Assembly: GCA_964554805.1 (NCBI GenBank)
Contig: CAZKPX010000002.1
Span: forward strand, 113,889 to 177,888
DNA: 64,000 nucleotides
DNA from: an uncultured Candidatus Saccharibacteria bacterium
GTDB taxonomy: Bacteria > Patescibacteriota > CAZHWT01
Reading direction: 5' to 3'
Shown: in pieces, positions 19,553 to 28,920 of the stretch
Layout: each line of letters opens with the position of its first letter
How positions within the stretch are numbered: position 1 is the first letter of the stretch
Made by a program: the position numbers and the translations under genes
The notes under the pieces: model-generated
Databases searched by the model: none
Seen by the model: only the letters and a program-made list of their open reading frames with translations
Told to the model about the DNA's origin: nothing

Positions 19553-20635
19553 ATGAATAATTTCGCCAGAAGTGTCGCACAAAATAAATTACTGTCAGGT
19601 TTGATCGTGACAGTGTTGATACTATTGCTCATCCAAGGGCTGATGCTCATTGGTCCATTCTTTGCCCCACTGTTCTTCGCTTTTACAATCACCTTGCTTA
19701 TCTACCCTGGGGTGCAATGGTTGATCAATAAGGGCTATTCGCATAACAAGTCAGTATTCTTATTCGTCTTAGCTATAGTCGCAACCTTTGCGGCTGTTTT
19801 TATGATCTTTTATGTATCAATAGGGCAGTTAGCCAATAACCTCCCTGAGTACGCCATTAAATTTGAACAACAAATCCAACCTTTCGTAGACTTTTTAGCC
19901 CAGTATAATCTTTCGATTGGCTTCTCGACTGCAGAAGGCGGAAGCTGGCCCAATATGCAGTCATTTGTGGCAGGCTTGACGAGCTTCCTGTCCGGCTTAA
20001 TGCAATCAATGGTGTTTGCCTTCTTTTTCTTAGCAGCCCTGTTGATGATGGTGATTGGTTCCAATGATGTGGTTGATAAGTTTAAAAAACAGCTGGGCGC
20101 AGGGCATAGATTTGTGGTCGGTTTTAGTATGTATGCTTCTTACATTCAGAAACAGTACGCAATTCAGACCTTTAGCAACTTTATTAGTGCAGTGGCGGTG
20201 ACTGTAGAGTTGATGCTCTTTAGAATCGATTTGGCGCTGTTATGGGGATTGCTAACCTTCTTGTTTGGATATATCCCTAATGTCGGCATGGTGTTGGCTA
20301 TAATTCCTGCCGCATTATTGGCATTTATTGAATACGGTCCATGGGTGGCCATATTGTTGGTAGTAATTGCGGCTATACTAAATCAGATCATGGATAACGT
20401 GGTAACGCCACGATTTATGGGCAAGGGTTTGGAGCTGCCCGTGCCATTTGTCTTCCTGTCGTTCCTATTCTGGACATGGTTATTTGGTCCGTTTGGCACC
20501 TTGATTTCATTGCCATTAACTTTGGCTTTGCGCGCTATCTTCGCTAATTTTAGCCAAACTAAGCTGGCTTCGCAGTTGTTGAGTGGTTATATGGATGAGG
20601 TCAAGACGGAGACTGCTGTCAACAAGACACATTAA
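19553..20635 (+). CDS. AI-2E family transporter (UPF0118/PerM-like)
   Basis: 360 aa, 8 TM; conserved C-terminal ...FGxxGxLxxxPL... region. Confidence 0.75.
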   Translation: MNNFARSVAQNKLLSGLIVTVLILLLIQGLMLIGPFFAPLFFAFTITLLIYPGVQWLINKGYSHNKSVFLFVLAIVATFAAVFMIFYVSIGQLANNLPEYAIKFEQQIQPFVDFLAQYNLSIGFSTAEGGSWPNMQSFVAGLTSFLSGLMQSMVFAFFFLAALLMMVIGSNDVVDKFKKQLGAGHRFVVGFSMYASYIQKQYAIQTFSNFISAVAVTVELMLFRIDLALLWGLLTFLFGYIPNVGMVLAIIPAALLAFIEYGPWVAILLVVIAAILNQIMDNVVTPRFMGKGLELPVPFVFLSFLFWTWLFGPFGTLISLPLTLALRAIFANFSQTKLASQLLSGYMDEVKTETAVNKTH

Positions 20636-20890
20636 TAACCAAAATCAAATAGATCGCCGAGGAAGAACTCTTTTGTCTGGGGAGGTTTTCGGTGTTGTTG
20701 AGCGACAATGAGACAGATAGACTCCCGACAACTTGATGTGGGCCGACTTTGAAGAAGCAAAACTACGCCTGAGACTGGTGCCGCGAGCAAATGATCGTCT
20801 GATCTTGGATCGATTCTCAAAAGCTTTATGGAGAGGAATTTGGGTATTTCCATCTTATCGCTCAATGATCTATACCTTCGTCTTAGACGT

Positions 20891-21556
20891 TCAGTGCCAG
20901 TCAATCGGTGTTTGGTTGGTTTGTTCGAGGTATTTATTGCACTGACTAAAATGGTGATTGCCGTAGAATTTGGTGGCTGATAATGGTGAGGGATGAGCGG
21001 ATTTGAGGACTAAATTATGGTCATGATCAATCCCCTGCCCCTTTTTTTGAGCATAAGCGCCCCACAGAATATAAACAATATGATGGCGATTTTGGCTGAG
21101 GGCTTGGATGGTGGCGGTGGTGAATGCTTCCCAGCCCATATTGGCGTGTGAAGCAGCTTGATGAGCCTTGACCGTTAAGACGCTATTGAGCAGTAGGACA
21201 CCCTGTTTGGCCCAGCGAGATAAATCTCCGGAAGGATTTGGCTCAATGCCCAGATCATTGCGAATTTCTTTATAAATATTACGGAGAGAGGGCGGTATCT
21301 GAATATCATCATTGACGGCAAAACATAAGCCATTAGCCTGACCTGGGCCATGATACGGATCTTGCCCCAGTATAACTACTTTGACTTGATCAAAGGGGCA
21401 CATATCATAGGCACGAAAAACATTGACAGGTTCTGGGTAGACGGTCGTTGACAGGTAGTCCTGACGAACTTTGGCGGCTAGTGGTTGCCAATATGGCTGG
21501 TTAAATTCTTGGGACAGAGCTTGCTTCCAGGATGACTCGAGATGTATGTCTGGCAT
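20891..21556 (-). CDS. ung: Uracil-DNA glycosylase (family 1)
   Basis: VKVVILGQDPYHGPGQANGLCFAV and HPSPLSA motifs. Confidence 0.85.
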   Translation of the reverse strand: MPDIHLESSWKQALSQEFNQPYWQPLAAKVRQDYLSTTVYPEPVNVFRAYDMCPFDQVKVVILGQDPYHGPGQANGLCFAVNDDIQIPPSLRNIYKEIRNDLGIEPNPSGDLSRWAKQGVLLLNSVLTVKAHQAASHANMGWEAFTTATIQALSQNRHHIVYILWGAYAQKKGQGIDHDHNLVLKSAHPSPLSATKFYGNHHFSQCNKYLEQTNQTPIDWH

Positions 21557-21593
21557 ATGTTTAAGTATATAGTATTTGTATTCTCAGGCAAAA

Positions 21594-22271
21594 TTACTTC
21601 GCTGCAGGGAAGTTTGGAATAGTAACTGGTGTGTGTTGTGGGAGAATTTGCTCAGGATTAGTCGACAGACTCGGATTGGCGGCTCTTAACAAATCCACAT
21701 AATCTGAGTCACCAAAGAATAATAGGGAGAGATTTAGCAGATTCTTTGGTGTAGTGGTGTTATGAACAGTGTAGGTGAAATGTGATTGCCAACGATCAAT
21801 TGATTGGTTAAAATTTGGTTCAAAAACCATCGCAGGTAAGGTGGTTTGACTTAAATCTCGTAGTTCGAAATGTAGATGAGGCTGGAAGGTTGCTTGCCCC
21901 GTATTGCCTGACATGCCAATCAAATGCTCAGCACCTACTACGCTTCCTATAGTTGTGTCGATAGTTGATAAATGCGCATAGAGAGCTACGATGCTGCCAT
22001 TCCGAATACCGACAGTATTGCCCATGCCTCGATGGTTTTCTTGCCTGACAATTATGCCATCAAATGAAGCATTGACTGGAGTGCCTTCCGGAAGATTAAA
22101 ATCTACTCCCGGGTGCTTGTTTTCAAACAACTCATAAAATGTATGTTGACCTGTGGCATCGTTACCGAATGGCTGACTAATGGCAGCTTGCACTGGGTAT
22201 CTTAAAACTGGTGCAGAATCCAGCTCCGGCGAATGTTGAATTTCTTGATTAAAGTCTGGTTTCTCTGACAT
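21594..22271 (-). CDS. M23 family metallopeptidase
   Basis: HxxxD...HLHFEL zinc-binding signature (GNTGQATFQPHLHFELR). Confidence 0.75.
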   Translation of the reverse strand: MSEKPDFNQEIQHSPELDSAPVLRYPVQAAISQPFGNDATGQHTFYELFENKHPGVDFNLPEGTPVNASFDGIIVRQENHRGMGNTVGIRNGSIVALYAHLSTIDTTIGSVVGAEHLIGMSGNTGQATFQPHLHFELRDLSQTTLPAMVFEPNFNQSIDRWQSHFTYTVHNTTTPKNLLNLSLLFFGDSDYVDLLRAANPSLSTNPEQILPQHTPVTIPNFPAAK

Positions 22272-22388
22272 ATGGTCAAAGTATACTACAATGTCGATAA
22301 ATTATTGTCGCAGGCCACTTTCCATGAGTGCTAATGTATTTTCCATATTGAGTATATAACTTATTCAGTATCTGAGATGTGTGGCACA

Positions 22389-22976
22389 TTATTTTGGTAC
22401 AATATCAGTTAGCAGTCTGGTATGGCGTAGTTGATATGGTTGGTTGTAGGCAGGGTCTTTGGACCACAGAGCTAAACGGTCAAACATTGTCAGTTGAGGT
22501 AATTTTGCAATGGCTTGGCGGAGGTGTTGCCTGGCTTTTTGTTGCTGATTTGGTTGGATATGCTGAGCTAAGGTGACATGAAACCAGTGCTCCTGGCTGA
22601 CGGCAATGGCAACATCATTGCCGGCTTGCTTAAATACTGGCTGTAAATGTTGACGGAGCTGTGACATTAGAATATGCAGCTGGTCGGCTGGTTGAACATC
22701 AAGAGATAGGTGCGTGTCAGTGCGATCAATGAGTGCGACTTGACTCTCAATGGCGGGCTTTATTCGAAGGCATTGAAATGTCTTGAAGGCTTGAATCAGC
22801 TGATGTCTGTCGATGGTTTGATTTGGTTGATCTTGAATATTGGACAGTATTGTAATGTGCGGAAGCGGGTAATCAAGAGCCTTGTTTTGGCCGACAATTT
22901 GTGCTGCATCGAGTCTAAGCTGGTTAAGAAGCTGGCTGTGTTGGTCCTTGGCTAATAGTTGGATTACATATCTCAT
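22389..22976 (-). CDS. 2H phosphoesterase superfamily protein (LigT/2'-5' RNA ligase-like)
   Basis: Two H-x-T/S-x motifs (HITILS and HVTLAQ) at the spacing expected for the 2H fold. Confidence 0.5.
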   Translation of the reverse strand: MRYVIQLLAKDQHSQLLNQLRLDAAQIVGQNKALDYPLPHITILSNIQDQPNQTIDRHQLIQAFKTFQCLRIKPAIESQVALIDRTDTHLSLDVQPADQLHILMSQLRQHLQPVFKQAGNDVAIAVSQEHWFHVTLAQHIQPNQQQKARQHLRQAIAKLPQLTMFDRLALWSKDPAYNQPYQLRHTRLLTDIVPK

Positions 22977-23038
22977 GCCGATTTATTTTGATAGCAGTAT
23001 TATATCGTAATTAGATTATTATGATACACTGATAAAAT

Positions 23039-23869
23039 ATGAGCCATGTCTTGAAAATAGTCAGCCAAAACATGTCAATCAATAATGGAGATGTGACTCA
23101 ACGGTATAAGGATTTTTGCAATTGCATCCTTACTATTGAGCCGGATATTGTTGTTGTGCAAGAAGTTTCATCAGATGTGGGCAGGTCAGCACTTGATGCC
23201 TTGGCCGTTCGGCTTGGTAGTAATTATAGGCATATATACGACAAGGCCTACGCAGGTCAAGAACATGAACAGGGCTTGTCCATCATAAGTCGTCTTCCGG
23301 TAGTCAAGAATGAGTTGGTGGGCAGTAAAATCCCTGGAAGTAAAATGCAACTGGTTGAGTTGAGTTGGTATGGCCGTGCACTTGCTGTGGTCAACATACA
23401 TTTAGAAGCAGCGCCTATTTTAGAAAGACGCAGAATTCGAAAGTTCCGTTATCTGGCTCACTATCTTCGTACCAACTATGGCAATGCGGATTATATTGTT
23501 GCTGGTGATGCCAACTCTGTGCCGTATAGTCTAGGTATATTGCTCTTTAAAGGACGGTATGGATTTAAATCTGCCTTTGAGCGAGTGCATGGCAAGGAGC
23601 CTGATTATACTTTTCCTGCTTTGAGTGGGGCGGAATTAGTTGATGGTCTTTATATCAAGCATAACCAGCTGCGAATGCTTCAACACCTAGCTAAAGTGCC
23701 TACATTTATGTCAAAGACTCATGACGGTTTGCCTCGATACACGACTGATTACATTTTTACTAATATAGGACTCAGTACGGTTTCTGCTAGAGAAATAGGG
23801 CTAAGTGAAAAACACAAAGCATTTTCTGACCATTTAGGTCTGCATGTTTCATTGACACGACGAGATTAA
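23039..23869 (+). CDS. Endonuclease/exonuclease/phosphatase (EEP) family protein
   Basis: VVVQEV, NIHLEA, GDANS and SDH motifs of the EEP fold. Confidence 0.6.
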   Translation: MSHVLKIVSQNMSINNGDVTQRYKDFCNCILTIEPDIVVVQEVSSDVGRSALDALAVRLGSNYRHIYDKAYAGQEHEQGLSIISRLPVVKNELVGSKIPGSKMQLVELSWYGRALAVVNIHLEAAPILERRRIRKFRYLAHYLRTNYGNADYIVAGDANSVPYSLGILLFKGRYGFKSAFERVHGKEPDYTFPALSGAELVDGLYIKHNQLRMLQHLAKVPTFMSKTHDGLPRYTTDYIFTNIGLSTVSAREIGLSEKHKAFSDHLGLHVSLTRRD

Positions 23870-24298
23870 TTAATCAAGGCTCTGGGTGGAGAGAAAGTCT
23901 TCTTGGGTAAGCTTGCCGGCTAGAAATTGTTTAACCTTGTCGAGCACTTGATGAGGCAGGAGGTCGGCTTTCAGGATGTAGCCGTTGGCGCCTATTTTAA
24001 AGGCTTCTCTAATGATTGACTCTTGGCCAAGATTGGTCAGGAGGATAATTGGCGTATTAATTGCGCGCGAATCAGGAAGACGCAGCTGCCGAAGAACATC
24101 AATGCCTGTTTTCTTGGGCAGCATGATATCTAGCAGGATAAGCTGAACATTGGTTGACTCGGCTACTTCAATGCCTTGTTCACCATCTTCGGCTTGAATC
24201 ATAGAAAAGCCGTCTTTGGCAAAGACATGGACATACATTTCTCTCAGAAACGTATCGTCTTCAACAATGAGTATTGGTAGTTGGCTCGTATTGTTCAT
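23870..24298 (-). CDS. Stand-alone response-regulator receiver domain protein (CheY-like, no DNA-binding domain)
   Basis: ILIVEDD...LILLDIMLPKKTGIDVLRQLR receiver motifs; 142 aa. Confidence 0.8.
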   Translation of the reverse strand: MNNTSQLPILIVEDDTFLREMYVHVFAKDGFSMIQAEDGEQGIEVAESTNVQLILLDIMLPKKTGIDVLRQLRLPDSRAINTPIILLTNLGQESIIREAFKIGANGYILKADLLPHQVLDKVKQFLAGKLTQEDFLSTQSLD

Positions 24299-24343
24299 AT
24301 GACTTAATGCCTAAGCGGGGTAATTAAACGTGGGGCTTACTGT

Positions 24344-26542
24344 TTATTTCTGAGGGCGGCCGAAGATTGGCACTTTGGCACCTTTGGGGGCAAGCGGGAC
24401 AGTGAAGGTAAAGGTCGATCCTTTGCCGACTTCTGACTCAACCCAGATTTTGCCATGGTGTGCATCGACGACAGCTTTGGAAATAAACAGGCCTAGGCCA
24501 GTACCTTTCGAGCCCATAGCCAGGCTACTTTGGACCCGATAGAACTTGGTGAACATGCGCGGAATAGATGAGGATGGGATGCCTTGGCCATTGTCTGAGA
24601 CAGAGATGGCTACACCATGAACGGTTTTTTTGGCTTCAATGCGAACCCAACCATTCTCTGGCTTAGAGTAGTTGATAGCATTGGCGGTTAAGTTGGTGAG
24701 CACTTCGGCGATGCGGAAATTATCTGCCAGGATAAGGGGCAATGGCCTGTCTGGCTGGATGAATTCTAGTTTTATTAAACGCTGCTTGGCCACTTCTTGC
24801 AAGTTGGTCAGAGCGTTGGTTATCATTGTTTCTGGTTGGAGTGGGGCGAGGTCGAGCTTGAGTGATCCCCGTTCAATGCGTGACAGGTTGAGCAGGTTTT
24901 CAACAAGTGAACTCAGTTGGCTACTGCTGATAACTGATCTTTCCAGGTAGGTTTGTTCATCCTTGTTTAGCTTGGACATGGATTCAAACTCCAGAATAGA
25001 TAGGTATCCGCGCAGGGCTGTTAAGGGGGTGCGGAGTTCGTGGGCAGCCATCGATACAAAGTCCAGCTTCATGGCTTCTAGCTCTTTTTCTTGAGTCATA
25101 TCGTGGAAGCTAACTACCCAGCCTTGCTGCTTATCATTGTCTTCCGTGATTGGCGCAACTGATATGGATAGCAACCGTACGCCCTGGTCAGTGTTGAACT
25201 GCAGGCCTTCGTTTCTGAGGCGATTTTTGTATCGGGTTGATTGATTGCTGTACTCTTCTAAAGATACTAGTTGGTCATTATTATAGAATTGTAGGGCTGC
25301 ATCAGCTGGACGATCAATGATGGCATCGGCTTTGATATCGGTGATTCGTTCAGCGGCTTTGTTGAATAAGATGATATTGCCAAGACTATCTGTCGCAAAA
25401 ACGCCACTCGTTAACGACTGCAACAGCGTAGAATGGCGGTCCTTCTCTAAGCTGAGCGTGGCATTTGTTTGCTCGAGCGTTCTCTGTCGCTCCTTTAGTT
25501 GCAGAGCCATAGTGTTAAAGGCCTGAGACAAATCTTGCAGCTCATCGCCAGTTGTAATATCCGTTCGGTGGTTAAACTGACCTTTCTGAAAGTGTCTAGC
25601 TTGGGTTGTTAATTGAGCAATTGGCTTGGCGATCTTGTTGCTTAATATTAGTGCAATGGCTAATAGTATGAGGATGGCTAGTCCCAGTCCGACTAACAAG
25701 ATATTGTTGGTCAGCGTGATGCGGCCAAAAGCTTGGTTTTGTGGTTGCTCCAAGGCAACAACCCAGTCTAAGCCAGGTAGGATGGCGCTGGCTGCTACTA
25801 CTTCGGTATTGCTTGGATTGACATAATAATGCTGACGATCATCTAGATTATTGACAGCCAAGGCTATGATGGGTGATTGGCTGAAATCTTGATACTGGAC
25901 CTGTGATTTATTTGGGTGGTAGATGACTGATCCGTCTTTGGCAATAATGTAGAAGACACTAGAATTTTGAAGGTGATGCCGACTGTCAGTCTGCAATGAA
26001 GACAGGATGGACAATTCGACTTGCCCCTTAACGATTGTATTTATTTGGCCTTGAGCGTTGCGTGCCGGGGTATATATATCGACATAGTACGTGCTTTGAT
26101 CTTGGTATATGGGCGAGACGGCGCGAGAGCCATTTTGGGCACTGGCAAGCGAAGTGGATGTTTGCTCGGTTGATAGAGGAGCTATTGAGCCTTGGCCTCT
26201 CTGGTACTTATGCTGCTGGCGACCTTGGGCGTCCAGTATGGTGATGGCGTTGGTGTGCGGTGAGCTATGCATGGCTGCTTCTGATAACCGCAGATGGTCA
26301 GTCGGACCAGAGGCTGCTAGCTGATTGGCTAGGCTGGTATGAGTTTGATATATCGTTTGCAGGTAGTCATTTAAACGCTGGGTGTTATTGTCGACCTGGA
26401 TTTGCAAGGCTCTGACCTGCTGTTGTCGCAGGTATTGATCATTTAGTTGCATAATGACTAGTATCAGTCCTGCCGAAATGATGATAATCGACAAAAAGCT
26501 GACTAGTATTTTGCTACGGAGGTTGAGTGGTAAGCGATTCAT
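24344..26542 (-). CDS. Sensor histidine kinase (TM - periplasmic region - HAMP - PAS - HisKA - HATPase)
   Basis: H-box AAHELRTPL; N, G1 and G2 boxes (DNGQGIP, GTGLGLFISK); start MNRLPL overlaps the stop of the upstream SBP gene (ATGA). Confidence 0.85.
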   Translation of the reverse strand: MNRLPLNLRSKILVSFLSIIIISAGLILVIMQLNDQYLRQQQVRALQIQVDNNTQRLNDYLQTIYQTHTSLANQLAASGPTDHLRLSEAAMHSSPHTNAITILDAQGRQQHKYQRGQGSIAPLSTEQTSTSLASAQNGSRAVSPIYQDQSTYYVDIYTPARNAQGQINTIVKGQVELSILSSLQTDSRHHLQNSSVFYIIAKDGSVIYHPNKSQVQYQDFSQSPIIALAVNNLDDRQHYYVNPSNTEVVAASAILPGLDWVVALEQPQNQAFGRITLTNNILLVGLGLAILILLAIALILSNKIAKPIAQLTTQARHFQKGQFNHRTDITTGDELQDLSQAFNTMALQLKERQRTLEQTNATLSLEKDRHSTLLQSLTSGVFATDSLGNIILFNKAAERITDIKADAIIDRPADAALQFYNNDQLVSLEEYSNQSTRYKNRLRNEGLQFNTDQGVRLLSISVAPITEDNDKQQGWVVSFHDMTQEKELEAMKLDFVSMAAHELRTPLTALRGYLSILEFESMSKLNKDEQTYLERSVISSSQLSSLVENLLNLSRIERGSLKLDLAPLQPETMITNALTNLQEVAKQRLIKLEFIQPDRPLPLILADNFRIAEVLTNLTANAINYSKPENGWVRIEAKKTVHGVAISVSDNGQGIPSSSIPRMFTKFYRVQSSLAMGSKGTGLGLFISKAVVDAHHGKIWVESEVGKGSTFTFTVPLAPKGAKVPIFGRPQK

Positions 26543-27417
26543 AGTTGATGGAGCCATTTTTGCTGCAAGCTCTGCAGAACGCCTTTTCGGTGCAGGGAGG
26601 TTATAGCACTGTTCACTATGTCCGCCAGTTGCCACTGACTTTTAGCTGTGGCAATGACGTATGATTCTTCCACAAGTGCTGGTGAAGCGACCCGAAGCTG
26701 TTCATTGGCGGCTACCAGTTGATTGGCTGTATAGAGATCTATTAAAGCCAAATCGGTTTGAGCGTTGGTGAGTAGACTGGTGAGCTGGTCTGTGTCGGTG
26801 GAAGTTTTTACTTTGGATGAGGCAGTGATGGTTTTTGCAAATTCATGATTGATACTGTCTTTCACAACAGCCACGACTTTATCTTTGATATCACTAGCGG
26901 AGTCGATATTCGGGGCATTCTTGAGTGTTATGGCAACCTGGCTAACTGAAACATATGGTTGTGATAGGTTGAGCATTTCTTGACGATATGCGGTGGGAGA
27001 TAAGCCAGCTATTAAGAGGTTGACCTGGCCTTGATCCAAAATATTGGTTGCACCAGAATCGCCAGGGCTGACCGCTTGGGAGGGCTTTATCTTTTTGAAT
27101 GTAATTGGAGTGCCTATCTCTACCGCGAGTGCTTTGGCTAGGTCTATTTCGTAGCCGCTCAGTTGGCCGCTTTTTTCAAGGGTAAATGGTGGTCTGTCCG
27201 CCACAATACCGACTATCAGCTGACCTTGTTGGCGGATAAGAGCAATCTCCTGGCTGGCATGATTGGGCTCTTGGGGTAAGCTAGAGGTTAGCCGATTGGC
27301 CACTAGGGCACTGGTGCTGGCCAGCAGTAGCACAATTAAGACAATTGTTAGTAATGTTAGTCGTTTGCTGCTGGAAGTGATTGATTTGACTGGCTTAGTC
27401 AGAGTGCGAAAAGGCAT
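26539..27417 (-). CDS. Membrane-anchored family-3 substrate-binding (SBP_bac_3-like) protein; likely periplasmic sensing partner of the kinase
   Basis: 292 aa, N-terminal TM, ...GQLIVGIVADRPPFTLEKSGQLSGYEIDLAKALA... typical of family 3 solute-binding domains; translationally coupled to the HK. Confidence 0.65.
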   Translation of the reverse strand: MPFRTLTKPVKSITSSSKRLTLLTIVLIVLLLASTSALVANRLTSSLPQEPNHASQEIALIRQQGQLIVGIVADRPPFTLEKSGQLSGYEIDLAKALAVEIGTPITFKKIKPSQAVSPGDSGATNILDQGQVNLLIAGLSPTAYRQEMLNLSQPYVSVSQVAITLKNAPNIDSASDIKDKVVAVVKDSINHEFAKTITASSKVKTSTDTDQLTSLLTNAQTDLALIDLYTANQLVAANEQLRVASPALVEESYVIATAKSQWQLADIVNSAITSLHRKGVLQSLQQKWLHQL

Positions 27418-27473
27418 AGTTGGGGCATTTTGTTAGTCTATGTCATTTTCACTGTTAGATGCTTGGTTGTCAA

Positions 27474-27867
27474 CCTGTCCGCCCACAGGGCGGAACCAGG
27501 GCAGGTTGGATGCGATGGTTGCGCGCCACCGCGCGCGATCTATATTACGCATGCAACTTACCATGCCACAGGGCGGAACCAGGCAGGTTGGATGCGATGG
27601 TTGCGCGCCACCGCGCGCGAATTTATACTACGCATGCAATCTGTCCGCCCAAGGGCGGAACCGGGCAGGTTGGATGCGATGGTTGCGCGCCGCCGCGCGC
27701 GATCTATATTGCGCATGCAACTTACCACGCCATAGGGCGGAACCAGGGCAGGTTGGATGCGATTATTGTTTGCCGCCGCAAACTATTGTTACTATTTTCC
27801 AGCTAAGGCTGGAAAACGCATGCAATCTATCATGCCGTTGGCGGAACTAGGGCGGGTGGGGTGTGAG
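27474..27867. repeat. Tandem array (about 4.7 copies) of an ~82-bp G+C-rich, hairpin-dense unit; the 4th copy carries an internal substitution/insertion
   Basis: Units ...gggcggaaccagggcaggttggatgcgatggttgcgcgccaccgcgcgcgatctatattacgcatgcaa... repeat head-to-tail; each has tccgccc/gggcgga and gcgcgc/gcgcgc hairpins. Confidence 0.85.
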
Positions 27868-28031
27868 ATTTTGGACCTTGATAGTAACATACACATTTCC
27901 AAGGAGCGTATCTTTTGGTTGGGTGTAGTTTGCCAGCGATTGTGCTCGCCAAGTCTGTGCTCTAAGTTGCTGGTACTGCCTATATGGTAGTTATCATTTA
28001 GTTCGCTTGGTAGGATATAAAAATAAGCCAT
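27792..28031 (-). pseudogene. Small GIY-YIG nuclease-family gene, frameshifted and 3'-truncated where it runs into the tandem repeat array
   Basis: N-terminus MAYFYILPSELNDNYHIGSTSNLEHRLGEHN matches GIY-YIG; an alternate frame gives KRYAPWKCVCYYQGPKSH (compare RRPWKLVYYEEF...), then the sequence is repeat-derived. Confidence 0.5.
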
Positions 28032-28070
28032 CCAAGTATTTGGACGGCTTATTTATGATTAAAGTCTATA

Positions 28071-28145
28071 TGGAGCGAGTGAGGGGACTTGAACCCCTGA
28101 CCTCTTCCTTGGCAAGGAAGCGCACTACCACTGTGCTACACTCGC
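28071..28145 (-). tRNA. tRNA-Gly (GCC), CCA encoded
   Basis: Manual fold: acceptor GCGAGTG/CACTCGC, D-stem GCAC/GTGC, anticodon loop TTGCCAA, T-arm AGGGG-TTCAAGT-CCCCT. Confidence 0.8.
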
Positions 28146-28160
28146 TTGATGTAAAGTTAT

Positions 28161-28236
28161 ATGGTGCCAAGGGTCGGTCTCGAACCGACGACACCGGGTT
28201 CTTCAGACCCGTGCTCTACCAACTGAGCTACCTTGG
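28161..28236 (-). tRNA. tRNA-Phe (GAA), CCA encoded
   Basis: Manual fold: GCCAAGGTAGCTCAGTTGGTAGAGC...CGGGT-CTGAAGA-ACCCG...GGTTCGAGACC... Confidence 0.85.
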
Positions 28237-28330
28237 CCAACAACTGGCTTGGCAGGGTGTAAGTTATAAGAGTGAGCTGTGGCGCTCATTTGGCTCTTAC
28301 CACTTACACGCTGCCAATCAGTTTTCAATT
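28237..28330. other. Long imperfect hairpin (about 66 nt; arms ggcagggtgtaagt...acttacacgctgcc) between tRNA genes
   Basis: Inverted-repeat arms read directly; does not fold as a tRNA. Confidence 0.3.
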
Positions 28331-28337
28331 TAAGAAC

Positions 28338-28480
28338 TATTTGGTGGAGCTAGAAGGACAACTCTCCGCCGGCTGGCGGATCGTGACGGTAGTGCCAGTT
28401 ATTAAAATCGATGTTTTAACAACTTCTTCCTACCTTCGACCTTAATCGCTGGCAGCGATAGGTTCTCGATATCTGGCTAC
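28338..28480 (-). other. tRNA 3'-half-like duplicate (…GTCCTTCTAGCTCCACCA) fused to a structured ~120-nt segment; 30-bp direct repeat with the tRNA-Val 3' flank
   Basis: ttaagaactatttggtggagc[t/c]agaaggac occurs at 28328-28357 and 28488-28517; no matching 5' acceptor strand, so it is not an intact tRNA. Confidence 0.35.
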
Positions 28481-28500
28481 ACAAAATAATTAAGAACTAT

Positions 28501-28576
<76 letters not shown>

Positions 28577-28654
28577 CAAATAATTATCTTTGCTAGATTA
28601 CCATATTCGATTGTTTTTGACCATACTGGTCTGTGCTTGATGTCTATGATACCG

Positions 28655-28799
28655 CGGTAGTTTTAATCTTCGGCTAAGGGCAGTACACATCGAAGAGAGC
28701 AATGTTCGCTTGGCTCTCGGACTATAGATGCCCCTTGGTGTTTAGGACCACCCTGTGTTACCAGGCGTACACAACCATCAAATGATAGTCACGTGCACC
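28655..28799. repeat. Degenerate third copy of the tRNA-Leu downstream repeat; lacks the 38-bp palindromic insert
   Basis: ...gttcgcttggctctcggactatagatgcccc...taccaggcgtacac... is alignable to 28935-29100 and 40091-40256 with substitutions. Confidence 0.5.
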
Positions 28800-28885
28800 T
28801 GGTGCCGAAGAGAGGATTTGAACCTCCACGCTTTTTACAGCACTACGACCTGAACGTAGCGTGTCTACCGTTCCACCACTTCGGC
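28800..28885 (-). tRNA. tRNA-Leu (CAG), long variable arm, CCA encoded
   Basis: GCCGAAGTGGTGGAACGGTAGACAC-CTACG-TTCAGGT-CGTAG-variable arm-GGAGGTTCAAATCCTCT-CTTCGGCACCA. Confidence 0.8.
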
Positions 28886-28920
28886 CCACATAGGTTTATC
28901 GATTGTTAACAATGCTAATC

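Noticed and set aside
27474-27867. Possible CRISPR array
   Set aside because: Units are about 82 bp and near-identical along their whole length with no unique spacer-sized segments. There are no cas genes anywhere in the window. It is a tandem repeat, not repeat-spacer.
27430-27990. Four overlapping plus-strand ORFs (101-136 aa) in the track
   Set aside because: They are artefacts of translating a G+C-rich repeat whose period is not a multiple of 3. Their peptides are themselves repetitive (RAEPGQVGCDGCAPPRA...).
28338-28480. Intron-containing or unusually long tRNA
   Set aside because: Only the 3' acceptor/T-arm-like end is present. No 5' acceptor strand or D-arm can be paired. Too short for a group I intron.
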